This document shows positions 1 to 9,333 of a stretch of DNA of 34,427 bases, piece after piece. A program made the position numbers and the translations under genes. Position 1 is the stretch's first letter, and the number at the start of each line of letters is the position of its first letter. The stretch lies in IMG/VR virus record IMGVR_UViG_3300020400_000019, positions 1 through 34,427 of that record, one strand, 5' to 3'. The stretch is from a virus. Taxonomy: Duplodnaviria; Caudoviricetes. The notes beneath the pieces were generated by a model. That model was not told where the DNA came from. It worked only from the letters and a program-made list of their open reading frames with translations, and made no database searches.

Positions 1-2
1 TG

Positions 3-410
3 TTGGGAGTTATAAGAAATGGATTTGAAGCACAAGAAGTATCTATTGGGTTGAGTACACAAATAGAAGATGCTGACTCTATACATTTTAGGAGCGTTAG
101 AACTCCTGTGTATTACTATGATAATGGAACAATTGTAATTAAACCAGATCCTACAAATACTGAAAAAGCACAAATCAAAACTATAGCATATCCTACTGTA
201 ACGCATAGTGGAACAGCTATAACAGGGTTTCCAGACACAGCAGAATATGCAGTAGTGTTAGGTGCTTGTGTTAAGTATTTATATGATGTATTAAATACTG
301 CAGTTAACATAGATGAAGACATTGAAATAACACAGGCTATTAAACTGCAAATAGATTCATTAATGCAGTTATATCAACAAGAATTAAAAAGGATTAGTGA
401 GATAAAATGA
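3..410 (+). CDS. Head-tail adaptor / tail ring protein (P22 gp4 / T7 gp11-like), 5'-truncated by the window edge
   Basis: C-terminal pattern PVYY..NGTIVIKPDP...YP...FP..AEYAVVLGA followed by a helical hairpin, typical of podoviral adaptor proteins; first gene of the structural arm; no real start visible. Confidence 0.55.
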   Translation: MGVIRNGFEAQEVSIGLSTQIEDADSIHFRSVRTPVYYYDNGTIVIKPDPTNTEKAQIKTIAYPTVTHSGTAITGFPDTAEYAVVLGACVKYLYDVLNTAVNIDEDIEITQAIKLQIDSLMQLYQQELKRISEIK

Positions 411-670
411 AACAAAAGCAGTTACACGAACTAATTCAATCACACCATCCTGAAATGAAAGAAGGTGAAATAAGGCTACGCCTGAATAATGCATTAAAAG
501 AGTTTTGTAGAAAAACAAGAATATTACAAGGTGCATTCAAGTTTACAACTGTATCTGGTCAAAGATATTATGGGTTAGATGAAAAAATTATAGAAATAAC
601 AAGTGTTGACTATGATGGTGAGTCTATAGAAAGACTATCAGGCAGACCTGACAAAAGAGATTTAACATGA
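407..670 (+). CDS. Adaptor/ring-like protein, N-terminal-half type
   Basis: RLNNALKEFCRKTRIL...TTVSGQRYYGL resembles the N-terminal half of gp4-like adaptors; overlaps the previous stop and has an ATGA overlap with the next ORF. Confidence 0.5.
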   Translation: MKQKQLHELIQSHHPEMKEGEIRLRLNNALKEFCRKTRILQGAFKFTTVSGQRYYGLDEKIIEITSVDYDGESIERLSGRPDKRDLT

Positions 671-1032
671 AGATTTATTTTATTGAACGTGATGCAATTG
701 CTATTGCAGAAACAAGTGATAGGGTAACATTTACGAGTGTTACTGAGGCAAAAGAAGTTACTTTATTTTGTGTAAAAGAAGATGAAGAGTTTGTATCTGA
801 CAATACATCTGCTAGTGGAATAGGCATGAACGAAGAACCAAATATAGCAGATGAGTTTCACGAAGCATTAGCATACAGAGTTATACAACAAGGTTACGAA
901 AGAAAACCTGAAGAAATACAATTAGCAGCATACTTTAAACAACAGTTTAATGAAACAGTTAGAGAAGCTAAAAAGTCTGCTAATAAAAACTATGATGGAA
1001 GTGGTTATGCAATAAGAGGCTATGATTACTAA
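667..1032 (+). CDS. Adaptor/ring-like protein, C-terminal-half type
   Basis: EPNIADEFHEALAYRV...AAYFKQQF resembles the C-terminal helices of gp4-like adaptors. Confidence 0.5.
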   Translation: MKIYFIERDAIAIAETSDRVTFTSVTEAKEVTLFCVKEDEEFVSDNTSASGIGMNEEPNIADEFHEALAYRVIQQGYERKPEEIQLAAYFKQQFNETVREAKKSANKNYDGSGYAIRGYDY

Positions 1033-1280
1033 TGAGTTATGTTTCTAGAAAACCAAAAACAAACAATAGTATTGGAGATTCTTTTTGGCAAAACGTTTCA
1101 CAAGAATGGCGTTTTATTGATGCTATAACAAAGAATGGTCTTGATTTTAAAATAGATCAATATGCATTAACTCAGAAACTATTAAAATACTCAAAGCCTA
1201 CTTACACAGTTCCATCTGATTATGTTGCTCCAGCAAGAAATGAAGTATCAATACCAACAACAACAATGACGAGTGTATAA
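1032..1280 (+). CDS. Small hypothetical virion-module protein
   Basis: 82-aa ORF coupled by TAATG overlaps on both sides. Confidence 0.6.
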   Translation: MSYVSRKPKTNNSIGDSFWQNVSQEWRFIDAITKNGLDFKIDQYALTQKLLKYSKPTYTVPSDYVAPARNEVSIPTTTMTSV

Positions 1281-1543
1281 TGTCTAGTTTATATAATAAA
1301 AAAGTAAGAGAAACCTTTCCAGATTTATTAACTGTATTAGGCAGTTCTGTTGGAGAAGGATTAACCACATCTGCTAAAAGAATATTTGATGGAGATGGCA
1401 CAGGTAGTGCATTATTGTTAAGCACAACTACACTTCAAGTAGATGGAACACTTAATTTAAAAGAGCAATCATCGGAACCAAGTAATCCTAGCGTTGGAGA
1501 TTTGGCTTTTATAAATGATGATTTGTATATAGCCAAGCAATAG
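1280..1543 (+). CDS. Small tail-fibre base/adaptor protein
   Basis: DGDGTGSAL.LST and C-terminal PSNPSVGDLAF...LYI patterns typical of fibre-anchoring proteins; TAATG coupling. Confidence 0.5.
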   Translation: MSSLYNKKVRETFPDLLTVLGSSVGEGLTTSAKRIFDGDGTGSALLLSTTTLQVDGTLNLKEQSSEPSNPSVGDLAFINDDLYIAKQ

Positions 1544-1552
1544 GAGATCATT

Positions 1553-2458
1553 ATGGCAACATGGAAAAAAGTCATTACAGTAGATGATGACGCTAATTAT
1601 AAAAATGAATCAATAACACTAGCACAACTAGATGCAGGATTAGATGGTGAATCTGGTTATGGTGCTAATAAAGTACTAAAAGTTAATAGCTCTGGTAATG
1701 CTATTGAATGGGCAGATGATAATGCTACTACAACTATAGGAGCATTAACAGATGTAAGTATATCTAGTGTAGCAGATAATGAAGTATTAGCATATGATAA
1801 TAGCTCTAGTGAATTTATAAACCAGACTGCTGCTGAAGCAGGGTTACAAACTGCACTTACGTTTGGGGCCTCTAGTGGGAATGCAGTAAAAGTTGTTACT
1901 GGAATAGGTGCAGATATAGATGCGAATGATTTTGCTGTGTTTACACACGATGCAGGAAATGCTTCTGCAGGATTAAAAGGTCTTAGTGCACAAGAAGTTA
2001 GAACAGCTATTAGTGCTCATGCAAGTGGCGGTGGTTCAAGTCTTGATTTTCAAGCACAAAATTTAACAGTCTCTGGAGATTTAACAGTAACTGGCACTAC
2101 AATAAGTACAGCTACAGAAAATATTAAAATAGAAGATTCTGTAATGACTGTTAATAGTGGTGTTGCAAGTGGTAACACTGCTGCAGATGGTGGTTTTATT
2201 GTTGAAAGAGGAACAGATGGAGATACAGCAGGTTTGGTTGGAACTAATGGTCACAATGTAGGTATAGGATTTGATGAGTCTGCAGGATACTTTAGGTTTA
2301 GTTCTGGTAGTTCTACTAGTGCATTTAATTTTGTAGCAGATATTCCCTCAGCAACAAATCATGCAACAAATACAGCACCATCTAATGACGATATAGGACC
2401 AATAGGTTCAATACACGTTGCTACAGATTCTGATTCTGTATATATCAGAGTTGATTAA
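1553..2458 (+). CDS. Proximal tail-fibre protein
   Basis: AGGAG RBS; G/S/T/A/D-rich; fibre motifs LTDVSI....VLAYD and GDLTVTGT...IED...N...DGG..VERG. Confidence 0.7.
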   Translation: MATWKKVITVDDDANYKNESITLAQLDAGLDGESGYGANKVLKVNSSGNAIEWADDNATTTIGALTDVSISSVADNEVLAYDNSSSEFINQTAAEAGLQTALTFGASSGNAVKVVTGIGADIDANDFAVFTHDAGNASAGLKGLSAQEVRTAISAHASGGGSSLDFQAQNLTVSGDLTVTGTTISTATENIKIEDSVMTVNSGVASGNTAADGGFIVERGTDGDTAGLVGTNGHNVGIGFDESAGYFRFSSGSSTSAFNFVADIPSATNHATNTAPSNDDIGPIGSIHVATDSDSVYIRVD

Positions 2459-2628
2459 TGTCAAAGATAACAACTGTTAAAAACAATAAAGAATCGTTTA
2501 CTGTTAAAGATACAGACTTTTTATTAAAGCTTATTATGAGGTCAACCTTTGACGGTGCTGATATAGACATAGCGTACAATGTTCTTAAAAAACTAACTGA
2601 ACTACATAGGTCTAAACTTGAAAGTTGA
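2458..2628 (+). CDS. Small helical protein, possible fibre chaperone (56 aa, absent from ORF track)
   Basis: Hand translation MSKITTVKNN...LHRSKLES; ATG overlaps the previous TAA. Confidence 0.65.
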   Translation: MSKITTVKNNKESFTVKDTDFLLKLIMRSTFDGADIDIAYNVLKKLTELHRSKLES

Positions 2629-2770
2629 TTTATCAATAGATGATTTAAGCATTCTTAAACAAGCATTAGAAACCATGACAATACGAGGTAAGGATGCCAT
2701 GTTTGTAGGAAAGTTATTAGAAAAGATTACAACTTGTTTTGATAAAGAGTTAGCCAAGGAATCTAAATAA
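2618..2770 (+). CDS. Small helical protein, possible fibre chaperone (50 aa, TTG start, absent from ORF track)
   Basis: Hand translation MKVDLSIDDL...ELAKESK; its TAA overlaps the ATG of the long fibre gene. Confidence 0.6.
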   Translation: MKVDLSIDDLSILKQALETMTIRGKDAMFVGKLLEKITTCFDKELAKESK

Positions 2771-5700
2771 TGCCTAGTTGGAAAAAAGTAGCGTTAGCTG
2801 ATGTAACTAATACATTTACTTCTGACCAAATAGTTGATGGTGGAACTACATCAAGATTAATTATAAATAGTTCTACCCACAATGCAAGTGTAGCTAATGA
2901 AGCAAGACTGCAACTTGGATTTGGTCATTCTGGTGCACCTGATGCTGTAGGCTATGTTAAACTAACCGAGAATGCTACCAATTCATTTGATGGTACAATA
3001 ACTATAGGTGTACCATATAATAATGGTTCTGGTGGTAGTGCTACAAGAGATGCACTTACTATAAGACAAACAGGTGATGTTACTTTTTTTCAACACGCTA
3101 ATTTTCCTGATAATGGTAAAGCTTTGTTTGGAGCATCAAACGATTTACAGATATACCATACTGGAACACATAGTTATATAAATGAAGGCGGTACTGGTAA
3201 CCTAATTATTTATCAAGGTTCAAATACAGCAGTATTTAGTCCAACTGCAGTTACTATTAATCGTAATGCTACTTTTTCTGGAAATATAAATATAGGCGAT
3301 GACAAAGCATTATCGCTTGGAGCAAGTGACAGTTCTCAAATATTTAATACTGGTTCACATTTATTTATAAGAAATAATACCTCTGACCAAGATATAATAT
3401 TCCAAGTTAATGATGGTGGCTCTACTCAAACAGAGGTAATGAGAATAGATGCTTCTTCATCATCGGTTGGCATCGGAACAGATAATCCAAGAAAGATATT
3501 TCATAGCTACAGTGGTTCTGGCGTTAATATTGTAGGTTTGTTTGAAAGTTCAGATAATCAAGCATTAATTGCTTTTAGAGATAACACTACTGGTGATGAT
3601 AACCATGTAATGATTGGAGCAAATGGAACATCATTTCAAGTATCAACTGATAATACAACTGCACTCACCATAGACTCCAGTCAACGCATTGGTATTGGAA
3701 CGTCAAGTCCTTCTGATTACCATTCATTGGCAGATAATTTAGTTGTAGCAAGTTCAGGAGATACTGGAATTAGTATTGTATCTGGCACAAGCAGTGATGG
3801 TAGGATATTTTTTGCAGATGGCACAAGTGGTGGTGACGAGTCAAGAGGCCACATAAGATATAATCATGATGATAACAGTATGCACCTTGTTACTAATGAT
3901 GCTGGTTCTGCACTCACCATAGACTCAAGCCAACGAGTTGGTATAGGTACAACAAGTCCTTCAAAAAAATTAGAAGTAGATGGCAGTTATAACTTAGGCT
4001 CAAATGCTTTTATTAATTACAATGCTACTTATCCATATACAATTAATGTAGAAAACACTGCAGGAGTTGGAAACTTAACATTTCAAGCAGGAACTGGGTC
4101 TACTGGTTTTAAATCTAAAATAGAATTACAAGGTGGCAATACAGCCACTGATGCATCTATTACACTTACTACCGCTGATAGTGCTAGAATGACTATTTTG
4201 AACAACGGTAAAGTTGGTATTGGTACAAATATTCCTGATACAAAATTGCAGATTAGAGGAGATTTTGATGGCTCAAGTGGGTTTCCTAATACAAATCCAA
4301 ATAAGGGATTAAATATATCAAAACACACAGGAGTTCAATCAGATTATGGTCTTAACGATAAATTTGGAATAACATTTACATCTGCATCTAATTTAGATAC
4401 AGATTACGCAATTGCTGGTATTTATGGTCAAGTTTCAGGTGTTTCTAGTTATGTCGGTGGTAATATAGTATTTGCAAGTAGATTAGAAACAGAAGCTACT
4501 CTTAGTGAAAAAATGATTATTACCAGTGATGGTAAGGTCGGCATAGGGACTACAAGTCCTTCAGAATTATTAGAAGTAAAACACGCCAGTAATACTAATA
4601 AAACAAGACTTAAAATTGTTGGTGGTACTAAAGGTTTTACACTTGGCAAGACTGGTCAAGCACAAAGCTATGCTCATTTAAGACCTATGAGCGATGGTCA
4701 AGTTATGGCAATGAGACTAATGCCACATACAAGTGACCAAGATACTTTTCTAGAACTATGGGGTCACGATTACGAAACAGATACAACTAATTTTGCTAGA
4801 GGTATGCTTATTTTAAAGCAGTCAGATGGAAATGCATTTCAAATAGTATCTGATAGTAATGGTTCTGAAAGTGTAGGCCCTATTGAATTTATTATAGAAA
4901 ATGGTCAAGAGCCTTCTATGTCAGTTAAGGCTGATGGTACTGTAGCAATAAATAAGAATACTGATGGTGTTACTGGTGCATTGACAATATCCAATAATCA
5001 AGCTGCAGCATCAAGCAGTACCAACGAAGCAGTACAAATGTTATTTGGTTTGTCTGGTCAAGCTGATTCAGGAGTTATTAGAGTTGGCAAAGATGAAGAT
5101 TATACTTCTGTTGGTGCAACTAGTTCTTTTATGTCTTTTTATACAAAAGCAGACGGAACTACTAGTGAAGTTATGCGATTTAAAAAACACATTGGGTTAG
5201 GAATAGGAACAACTAATCCATCTGAAAAATTACACGTTGTAGGCACTATAAAAGCTCAACATAGTTCAGATACTGCTGATTATGTTAAAATGCTTCACGA
5301 TGGAACTGATGGTCATTTATTATCCAATAGAGGTCAATTAAGGCTTAGTAGTCAAAGTGGTATAGATGCTTTAAAAATTGATTCTTCTGGTAACGTTAGC
5401 CTTACAAACAATTTGTCATTGACAAATGGAAGTCCAGTAATGTACATGAGTGGTAGCTCAGGTGACCACATGAGGTTTGGATGGGCAGAAGGAGACCCTG
5501 ATGTTGCTTATTGGAGATTCTATCAAAACTCTGGATTGACTGCATCTATTACTATGGATGCTATTACAGAAAACACTGCAGGTGGTAGAATAGAATTTAA
5601 TAGCGGTGCATCAGAAGTAGCTATGGCATCTATAGGTACTTATGGTGTTTTTTTAGGAAGGGATGCAGTTGGTCAACAAACAACTACAGAACTTGGTGGC

Positions 5701-7527
5701 TTCGGAGTTTTATCTGTAAATGGTCAAAGGTACGGTAATTACGGTTGGCTAACATTTAATGCACCTACAACTAACTTTACAGCCAGTTCAAGAGGTTGGG
5801 CATTAACTAATGGTTATAAAGCACATAGTTTCGCAATATTAAAATCTAGTACTGCAAGTACCGAGCCTAGCTTGACTACTAACGGTGAGGTAGATAGTGG
5901 CACTACTGCACCTTTAGTTATTAATAATGCTGGAAACATTGGCATAGGAACAGGTGCACCAGATTCAAGTCATATGTTGACTATTAAGACATCTTTAACT
6001 GGTGGAGACTGGATTTTAGGTCAGCAATCAGATGGCGGTCAAGGTTTTAGAATTTTAGCCGATAGTGGCGATGATGCTGTTTTTGAATTAGGCAGTGCAT
6101 CTACAAGTGATATGGTTGTATTACGAGCAGATGGAGACAGTCATTTTATGGGTGGAAATGTTGCTATAGGTACAAAAAGTCCTGATTCTCAATTTCATCT
6201 TCATGGTTCAACTGGTATAAGATTAACAGATAGTAATCAAAATGCTAACGAATATGCAGAAATAAAATACGATAATGCAGGGAATACAAATTTATATATA
6301 AACAATGATTGGACTAATTCAAATGCATTAATCAACTTTCAGTTAGCAGGTTCAACAAAAATGGTAGTTAGGGGTGACGGGAATATTGGAGTTGGAACAA
6401 CAAGTCCTGCACACCTTCTACATGTAGAAGGTGCATATAGCAGTGCTTGGTTAGCAAAGTTTAAAAATACAGGAGCTACGAATGCTTATGGATTGCAAAT
6501 AGATACAACTGCTAATACAACTGCAGGTGAGTTTTCTCTTGGAGTTTATACAGGTACAGGCACTGGAATGTTTGTAACTAGCGATGGTAAGGTCGGTATT
6601 GGTACAACAAGTCCTTCATATAAACTAGATATTACTGGCCCTGCTACAGAAAATGGTTCTACACTTAGACTTAATGATGTAGTAGCAAGTAAAAACTCAA
6701 AGCACTTATTAATACAAAGGTCTAGTTCTACTGCTAGTATAGGGATAGCAGGTTCTCAACCTAATGACCCACTATGGATTTCAAGAAGTGGTGGTTATGA
6801 TTTAATGGTTGCAAGTGGAGGGAATGTTGGTATAGGGACAACTCAGCCTGATAAAACACTTCATGTTTCTAGTTCTGATAATGTGCTTACTACAATAGAA
6901 AGTACAACTACTCACGCTACTGTTAGATTAATTGACCCAGATACAAGCAATGAGGCTACGCTAACTAGGGTAGGAGACAATCTGGAAATAGTAAAAGATG
7001 GTGGTAATGTTAGTATTGGTAAAGACAATCCTACACAAGCACTTGATGTACAGGGTAGCATTATATCTAGTGGTGTACTTCTTGCACCAACCTATGCAAC
7101 ATTTATTCACAGTTTTACAGATGACATGGGAACATCAGGACATTTTATACCTTGGAATAGTAGTGCTGAAACAACAGGAAATGATTTTAGTTCTACCTCA
7201 TTTGTTGTGCCAATGAATATGACATTAGTGAAATTATATGTAAGAATTGAAACTATTTCAAACCTTGGCTCTCATACTCTTACTGCTACTTTAATTAGTA
7301 AACCAGATGGTAGCATTACAAACACTACAGTGGCAAGTGCTAGTAAATCAGTTAACGCTGCTAGTAGTGGCAGAAATCAAATATTTACAGAGGCAAATTT
7401 TAGTAACCCACCTAATTTAACAAAAGGGCAAATGGGTTCAATAAAACTCAAATTCGGTAGTGATATAGGTGGAAGCACTGACTTTTTTATTACTAGCGTA
7501 TGGGAAATGGATAACAATACAATATAG
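2770..7527 (+). CDS. Long modular tail fibre / receptor-binding protein
   Basis: 1585 aa with 12 copies of a GxVGIGTxxP-type motif separating variable beta-rich modules; distinct C-terminal domain; no recognisable S74 chaperone. Confidence 0.85.
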   Translation: MPSWKKVALADVTNTFTSDQIVDGGTTSRLIINSSTHNASVANEARLQLGFGHSGAPDAVGYVKLTENATNSFDGTITIGVPYNNGSGGSATRDALTIRQTGDVTFFQHANFPDNGKALFGASNDLQIYHTGTHSYINEGGTGNLIIYQGSNTAVFSPTAVTINRNATFSGNINIGDDKALSLGASDSSQIFNTGSHLFIRNNTSDQDIIFQVNDGGSTQTEVMRIDASSSSVGIGTDNPRKIFHSYSGSGVNIVGLFESSDNQALIAFRDNTTGDDNHVMIGANGTSFQVSTDNTTALTIDSSQRIGIGTSSPSDYHSLADNLVVASSGDTGISIVSGTSSDGRIFFADGTSGGDESRGHIRYNHDDNSMHLVTNDAGSALTIDSSQRVGIGTTSPSKKLEVDGSYNLGSNAFINYNATYPYTINVENTAGVGNLTFQAGTGSTGFKSKIELQGGNTATDASITLTTADSARMTILNNGKVGIGTNIPDTKLQIRGDFDGSSGFPNTNPNKGLNISKHTGVQSDYGLNDKFGITFTSASNLDTDYAIAGIYGQVSGVSSYVGGNIVFASRLETEATLSEKMIITSDGKVGIGTTSPSELLEVKHASNTNKTRLKIVGGTKGFTLGKTGQAQSYAHLRPMSDGQVMAMRLMPHTSDQDTFLELWGHDYETDTTNFARGMLILKQSDGNAFQIVSDSNGSESVGPIEFIIENGQEPSMSVKADGTVAINKNTDGVTGALTISNNQAAASSSTNEAVQMLFGLSGQADSGVIRVGKDEDYTSVGATSSFMSFYTKADGTTSEVMRFKKHIGLGIGTTNPSEKLHVVGTIKAQHSSDTADYVKMLHDGTDGHLLSNRGQLRLSSQSGIDALKIDSSGNVSLTNNLSLTNGSPVMYMSGSSGDHMRFGWAEGDPDVAYWRFYQNSGLTASITMDAITENTAGGRIEFNSGASEVAMASIGTYGVFLGRDAVGQQTTTELGGFGVLSVNGQRYGNYGWLTFNAPTTNFTASSRGWALTNGYKAHSFAILKSSTASTEPSLTTNGEVDSGTTAPLVINNAGNIGIGTGAPDSSHMLTIKTSLTGGDWILGQQSDGGQGFRILADSGDDAVFELGSASTSDMVVLRADGDSHFMGGNVAIGTKSPDSQFHLHGSTGIRLTDSNQNANEYAEIKYDNAGNTNLYINNDWTNSNALINFQLAGSTKMVVRGDGNIGVGTTSPAHLLHVEGAYSSAWLAKFKNTGATNAYGLQIDTTANTTAGEFSLGVYTGTGTGMFVTSDGKVGIGTTSPSYKLDITGPATENGSTLRLNDVVASKNSKHLLIQRSSSTASIGIAGSQPNDPLWISRSGGYDLMVASGGNVGIGTTQPDKTLHVSSSDNVLTTIESTTTHATVRLIDPDTSNEATLTRVGDNLEIVKDGGNVSIGKDNPTQALDVQGSIISSGVLLAPTYATFIHSFTDDMGTSGHFIPWNSSAETTGNDFSSTSFVVPMNMTLVKLYVRIETISNLGSHTLTATLISKPDGSITNTTVASASKSVNAASSGRNQIFTEANFSNPPNLTKGQMGSIKLKFGSDIGGSTDFFITSVWEMDNNTI

Positions 7528-7537
7528 GAGTAAAACC

Positions 7538-7864
7538 ATGAAAGGTTATGCACAAAAAAAGAAAGACAAAAAGTGGTCTGTTGGAAAAACCAAAGAAGTG
7601 GTTTCTCCTGCAGTATCAGAAGTAAAAGACGAAAAGGGCGTTGTAGTTCGTGAAGCGAAAGCTGAAGAATCTAGAGAGCTCATTCAATTAAGTAAGAAAC
7701 GCTATGACCCAGAAACAGGTAAAGCACTTGAAGATTATAAAGAAGTAGTATCTGAAGGTGTTTGTGATAATGCTGTTGCTGACATAGATAATCAGATTGC
7801 TGAATTAACTGCACAAAAAGAAGGTTGGGAAGCCTTGAAAGCAGATATTAAAGCACTTAAATAA
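7538..7864 (+). CDS. Hypothetical protein, possible fibre assembly factor
   Basis: Start moved to ATG 7538 behind an AGGAG RBS; C-terminal coiled coil. Confidence 0.65.
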   Translation: MKGYAQKKKDKKWSVGKTKEVVSPAVSEVKDEKGVVVREAKAEESRELIQLSKKRYDPETGKALEDYKEVVSEGVCDNAVADIDNQIAELTAQKEGWEALKADIKALK

Positions 7865-7876
7865 AAGGATAACATA

Positions 7877-8116
7877 ATGCCAGATAAAAAAGAAAAAGAA
7901 AGTCAGGTAGTTGTCATTAACGATGTGGAATACAAAGTAGATGACCTAACGGAACCTCAAGTAATGTTAGTAAACCATGTATGGGATTTAGATAGAAAAC
8001 TTGCAAGTAGCAAGTTTAATCTTGACCAATTGCAAGGTGGTCGTGAACATTTTATGAAAAAGTTAGAAGCGGAGTTAGAGAATGGCAAGAGTGATGATGC
8101 TGTTGAATCTAGCTAA
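7877..8116 (+). CDS. Small coiled-coil protein, possible fibre chaperone
   Basis: AAGGA RBS; INDVEY.VDDL + coiled-coil pattern common downstream of marine phage fibre genes. Confidence 0.6.
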   Translation: MPDKKEKESQVVVINDVEYKVDDLTEPQVMLVNHVWDLDRKLASSKFNLDQLQGGREHFMKKLEAELENGKSDDAVESS

Positions 8117-8309
8117 CATTAGTTGTAGTGGTGGTTGGTCAGTGGGTGGGTATGAACTCACCCCTGCCGACACAAGTAATCCTAGTGTATTTATAGAAAT
8201 AATGGATAAAGATTCAGTAATTCATTATTATCATGGAAATTTATATGAATCATCTAATTGGTGTTGGTTACATCAAAAATTTGAAATAGTAAAAAGAGTA
8301 GATGAGTGA
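8082..8309 (+). CDS. Hypothetical protein, weak lipoprotein-like N-terminus
   Basis: Fills the gap between coupled genes; ..NISC-SGG after a short, only modestly hydrophobic leader. Confidence 0.45.
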   Translation: MARVMMLLNLANISCSGGWSVGGYELTPADTSNPSVFIEIMDKDSVIHYYHGNLYESSNWCWLHQKFEIVKRVDE

Positions 8310-8622
8310 AAAACCAAATACCGCCAGAAGCTATCGCACTACCATTCTTGATGATAATGCCATTGTTTCTATTAATCTTAAATGGCTTGCCCAAGGTCTC
8401 GTTTTGGTTGCAGCTTTGGTATATGGTTATTTACAGATTGAAGGTAGGATTAAGACATTGGAAAATAAACTGGTGGAAGCTGATAGCACGATTAGGAGTT
8501 TACTTGATAAACACAGCATCGAAGAAGAACGAAAACGGGCCGAATTGGAAAGTAAGCTTTCATTCTATGAAAAGGAATTGAATCTTAACCCTTTTAGTTG
8601 GGGTAAAAAGAAACGGAAATAA
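8302..8622 (+). CDS. Single-TM coiled-coil membrane protein (lysis region)
   Basis: Hydrophobic segment WLAQGLVLVAALVYGYL followed by a coiled coil. Confidence 0.6.
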   Translation: MSEKPNTARSYRTTILDDNAIVSINLKWLAQGLVLVAALVYGYLQIEGRIKTLENKLVEADSTIRSLLDKHSIEEERKRAELESKLSFYEKELNLNPFSWGKKKRK

Positions 8623-8624
8623 TT

Positions 8625-8942
8625 ATGGATTTTATGGCAGTATATGGTGAAGCAGGAATGATAGGCGTAGTAGGCGTTATGTTCGTTTATTTAGTTATGT
8701 CTTTAAGTAAAAAGTCTGAAGCTCAACAAGAAGCTTTAGAAAATCTTAAAGTAGAAAACAAAGGTCAATCTGAAACTCTTGAAAATATGGAAGGTATGGT
8801 TATTAAATTAATTGCAAGATGGAACCAGTCTGACGACAAACTCGATAGGAAGTTTGACGGACTTACTAAAGAAATAAATGATTTAGATAATCAAGTGTCT
8901 AGAATAGAAGGCTCACTTAGTAGAATAAATGGAAAACATTAA
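8625..8942 (+). CDS. Putative holin-like protein (N-terminal TM + coiled coil)
   Basis: TM GMIGVVGVMFVYLVM, then heptad repeats; located upstream of the endolysin. Confidence 0.5.
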   Translation: MDFMAVYGEAGMIGVVGVMFVYLVMSLSKKSEAQQEALENLKVENKGQSETLENMEGMVIKLIARWNQSDDKLDRKFDGLTKEINDLDNQVSRIEGSLSRINGKH

Positions 8943-9157
8943 TGGCACACGATAAAGATATATTGGCAATGATGGTAAAGTTTAACGAAAGGCAACGAAC
9001 CATATTTAATACTTTACATAGAATTGAAAAGCATTTAGAAAAGTTAAATGGAAAGGTAGCTAACCACGAAACTTCTATAGCCAAGTTACAAACAGTTGGT
9101 GCAGTAGCTGTAGTTAGTATACCAATAATCGTAAACGTAATAATGAGGATAGTGTAA
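8942..9157 (+). CDS. Coiled-coil + C-terminal TM protein (XhlA-like architecture)
   Basis: IEKHLEKLNGKV coiled coil then hydrophobic VGAVAVVSIPIIVNVIM. Confidence 0.55.
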   Translation: MAHDKDILAMMVKFNERQRTIFNTLHRIEKHLEKLNGKVANHETSIAKLQTVGAVAVVSIPIIVNVIMRIV

Positions 9158-9333
9158 TGTTAGCAAAGTTAATAGCAGATGATCTGTTGTCAGATGAAAA
9201 TGGTGCAGAGGTTATTGCTGAAATAAATAAAGCAGTAGATATACCCATCATATCAGAAAAAACAGAACAAAAAATATTAGAAGCACTTTGGAAAGTAATT
9301 AAAGGTGTTCTTCTAAAAAAGATTGGTGTCTAA
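9157..9333 (+). CDS. Hypothetical protein (58 aa, absent from ORF track)
   Basis: Hand translation MLAKLIADDL...INKAVDIPIISEKTEQKILEAL...KIGV; TAATG overlaps at both ends. Confidence 0.7.
   Translation: MLAKLIADDLLSDENGAEVIAEINKAVDIPIISEKTEQKILEALWKVIKGVLLKKIGV

Noticed and set aside
2770-7527. Diversity-generating retroelement or CRISPR array explaining the repeats
   Set aside because: No reverse transcriptase, no ~100-bp TR/VR pair differing at adenines and no regularly spaced repeat-spacer array seen
8082-8622. Spanin (Rz/Rz1) pair
   Set aside because: The lipobox and hydrophobic leader are weak and the gene order is atypical; not supportable from sequence alone
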